DNA of 24,862 bases, taken from positions 1 through 24,862 of the IMG/VR virus record IMGVR_UViG_3300020460_000051; one strand, 5' to 3'. Below the pieces are notes generated by a model. That model made no database searches and was not told where the DNA came from. It saw only the letters and a program-made list of their open reading frames with translations. This DNA is from a virus (lineage: Duplodnaviria > Caudoviricetes). The stretch's first letter is position 1. The number at the start of each line of letters is the position of its first letter. Position numbers and translations under genes: made by a program. Shown here piece after piece: positions 23,165-24,862 of this stretch.

Positions 23165-23766
23165 TGATAAGATTTAAAAGTTATATAGAAGAAGAAATAG
23201 TTTCAAGGATTGATCATGGTCCTTCGGTTATTAAAAAATTTGATAAACCGGTTAGCACACATTTCAGTAAGTTTGGATCTTCTGGTGTAGGTAAAAAAGT
23301 AGGAAACCTTGGACCAGAATATGGTCCAGGACAAGTTAAAAAGAGAACATTTGCTTCTGATTTGAAAAAAAGTAAAATGGGAAATGCGTATGCCGTGCCT
23401 AGAGATAAAGACTTTATATATCACCATAATGAAAAAACAGGAAAACATACTGTACACATGGATCAAGACACTCATAACTCAATGAAAAAACATACTGTCA
23501 CTATATCTCATTTTAAGAAGAAAGATTTTGAAAAATCTAATATGGAACACGAATACACATCAAGCAAGAAAAACTTAACTCCTTTTAATCAAAAAAGAGT
23601 TAATTCTCTTGATCATTTAAAAAGATCAGGAATAAATATAAAGGTTCATAAAGATAACGCAGCCTTACAAAAAGCAGGAAAAAAATATCTTACTAAAAAT
23701 GCGAATGGAGAAATAACCACCAAGCCAGGTCATAAAATTCAAGGTGAAGGAGAAGTAGGGTTTTAG
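23164..23766 (+). CDS. Putative internal head protein (His/Lys-rich)
   Basis: CTS-like MIRFKSYIEEE|I. Confidence 0.6.
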   Translation: MIRFKSYIEEEIVSRIDHGPSVIKKFDKPVSTHFSKFGSSGVGKKVGNLGPEYGPGQVKKRTFASDLKKSKMGNAYAVPRDKDFIYHHNEKTGKHTVHMDQDTHNSMKKHTVTISHFKKKDFEKSNMEHEYTSSKKNLTPFNQKRVNSLDHLKRSGINIKVHKDNAALQKAGKKYLTKNANGEITTKPGHKIQGEGEVGF

Positions 23767-24144
23767 ATGATTAAAATTTATGGATTGATAATTATATTAG
23801 TTGTATTAAGTGGAGTTGGTTATGGAGCTATATCATACTATAACGATACTCAAGAAAGAATAGCAACTCTTCGAGATAATAACGCTAAGTTGGAAGTTGC
23901 CAATAAATCAAAAGAAGAAGCACTTAAGACAATTCAGTCTAACGTAGAAAAAACAAATAAGTTAAATAAAGAACTTCAAGGCAGGTTGCAAAACGCAGAA
24001 GTATACCAAGATGAGCTTAGAAAGAAGTTACAGAAACACGACTTAACGAGATTAAGCGAAAAGAAACCCGGTTTAGTAGAGAAGAAAATAAATGAAGGAA
24101 CTCAAAAACTATTTAATGATTTCGAGTCTATTACTGCTAAGTAG
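23767..24144 (+). CDS. Inner-membrane spanin (Rz-like)
   Basis: N-terminal TM plus long coiled coil; overlaps the downstream lipoprotein gene. Confidence 0.7.
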   Translation: MIKIYGLIIILVVLSGVGYGAISYYNDTQERIATLRDNNAKLEVANKSKEEALKTIQSNVEKTNKLNKELQGRLQNAEVYQDELRKKLQKHDLTRLSEKKPGLVEKKINEGTQKLFNDFESITAK

Positions 24145-24472
24145 TTGCTCATGGTTCAGAGAGCCAGAAAAAGAAATCGTTACAGTAACAGAAATAATAA
24201 AGAACAACGTACCAGTAGTCGAAAGACCTAAAGGACTAAAACTATCTCCGGTAAAATGGTATGTTGTAACGAAAGAAAATTACGATGAGTTTTCTGAAAG
24301 GTTCTTAAATGCAGAAGGCAACTTGATATTCTATGCGATATCAGTTCGAAGTTACGAGAACCTAGCATTAAATATGGCAGACATAAAGAGATATATAGAA
24401 CAACAAAGCGAGATTATAGTATATTATGAGGAAGCTGTTACTGAAGATATATCTGATAATGTATCAGAATGA
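24092..24472 (+). CDS. Outer-membrane spanin lipoprotein (Rz1-like)
   Basis: Lipobox LLLSS-C; Pro-containing segment; C-terminal YENLALNMADIKRYI helix; overlaps the i-spanin 3' end. Confidence 0.7.
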   Translation: MKELKNYLMISSLLLLSSCSWFREPEKEIVTVTEIIKNNVPVVERPKGLKLSPVKWYVVTKENYDEFSERFLNAEGNLIFYAISVRSYENLALNMADIKRYIEQQSEIIVYYEEAVTEDISDNVSE

Positions 24473-24497
24473 AGTAAGAAATAGGAGAAAAAATCTA

Positions 24498-24862
24498 ATG
24501 ACAAAGAAATTTTTTGAAAGATGCGAAAAATTAAACTGGGGAAATTTAGATTGGAAGAACTATTTCTTTGCAGAGGTAAGTGCACTTGCTTACCATGATG
24601 GTACAAGAGCTATGAGAGAGCTCAATAAGATCGGATTTAAAAATTATAAGTTCTTAGAAAATGATGGTGCACAGTGCCATATATTCTCTGATGAAGAAAA
24701 TATAGTTGTGGCTTTTAGAGGAACTGAGCCGAGTGAAATGTCTGATGTCAAGGCAGATCTTTTAGCTTTCAAAAGAAAATCTAAAACTGAAGGTAAAGTT
24801 CACATGGGTTTCAAGATGGAGCTTAGAAAGCTCTGGTCTGATATCGAAGCATTACTACATAG
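24498..24862 (+). CDS. Class 3 lipase / alpha-beta hydrolase (3'-truncated by window; not in ORF track)
   Basis: AGGAG RBS; open to the end of the window: ...SALAY...IVVAFRGTE...D---DL...GKVHMGF. Confidence 0.8.
   Translation, partial: MTKKFFERCEKLNWGNLDWKNYFFAEVSALAYHDGTRAMRELNKIGFKNYKFLENDGAQCHIFSDEENIVVAFRGTEPSEMSDVKADLLAFKRKSKTEGKVHMGFKMELRKLWSDIEALLH

Noticed and set aside
2935-24606. All minus-strand ORFs in the track (e.g. 5333-5704, 14248-14571, 14947-15348, 16928-17278, 20242-20619)
   Set aside because: They are antisense shadows of well-supported + strand genes, with no recognisable motifs. The window is uniformly + strand coded.
1-24862. CRISPR array, IS/transposase, intron/intein or stop-codon recoding
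   Set aside because: No regularly spaced repeats or transposase motifs were seen. uvsX and gp41 have normal uninterrupted lengths, and TAA, TAG and TGA all end genes at tightly packed junctions.

Overview
AT-rich fragment of a large T4-like (Tevenvirinae/Kyanoviridae-grade) phage genome, probably aquatic with an alphaproteobacterial-type host (inference). All credible genes are on the + strand. (1) 1-5654: sugar-nucleotide/phosphoester genes and a C5 cytosine methyltransferase, then the T4 core block uvsX-gp40-gp41. (2) About 5650-11980: small early accessory genes behind T4-type early promoters (GTTTAC...TAnnAT, 17-bp spacer), including an SleB-like hydrolase, zf-CHCC, DUF3310-like, ArfA-like, stand-alone ligase-Ia domain, DUF932 and an HNH gene, closed by a cUUCGg terminator. 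(3) 12019-23766: a late region behind TATAAATA promoters. At least nine proteins here start with a T4 internal-protein-like capsid targeting sequence (M-x-x-F-x-x-F/Y-x-x-E), and several look like polyproteins of basic modules separated by prohead-protease-type Glu sites. The putative cargo includes a PD-(D/E)XK nuclease, a KxDG ligase-fold protein and a HIGH-type nucleotidyltransferase. (4) An i-/o-spanin pair and a truncated class-3 lipase. The most interesting signal is the putative virion-packaged, protease-matured cargo system. Family names come from motif recognition, not database searches.
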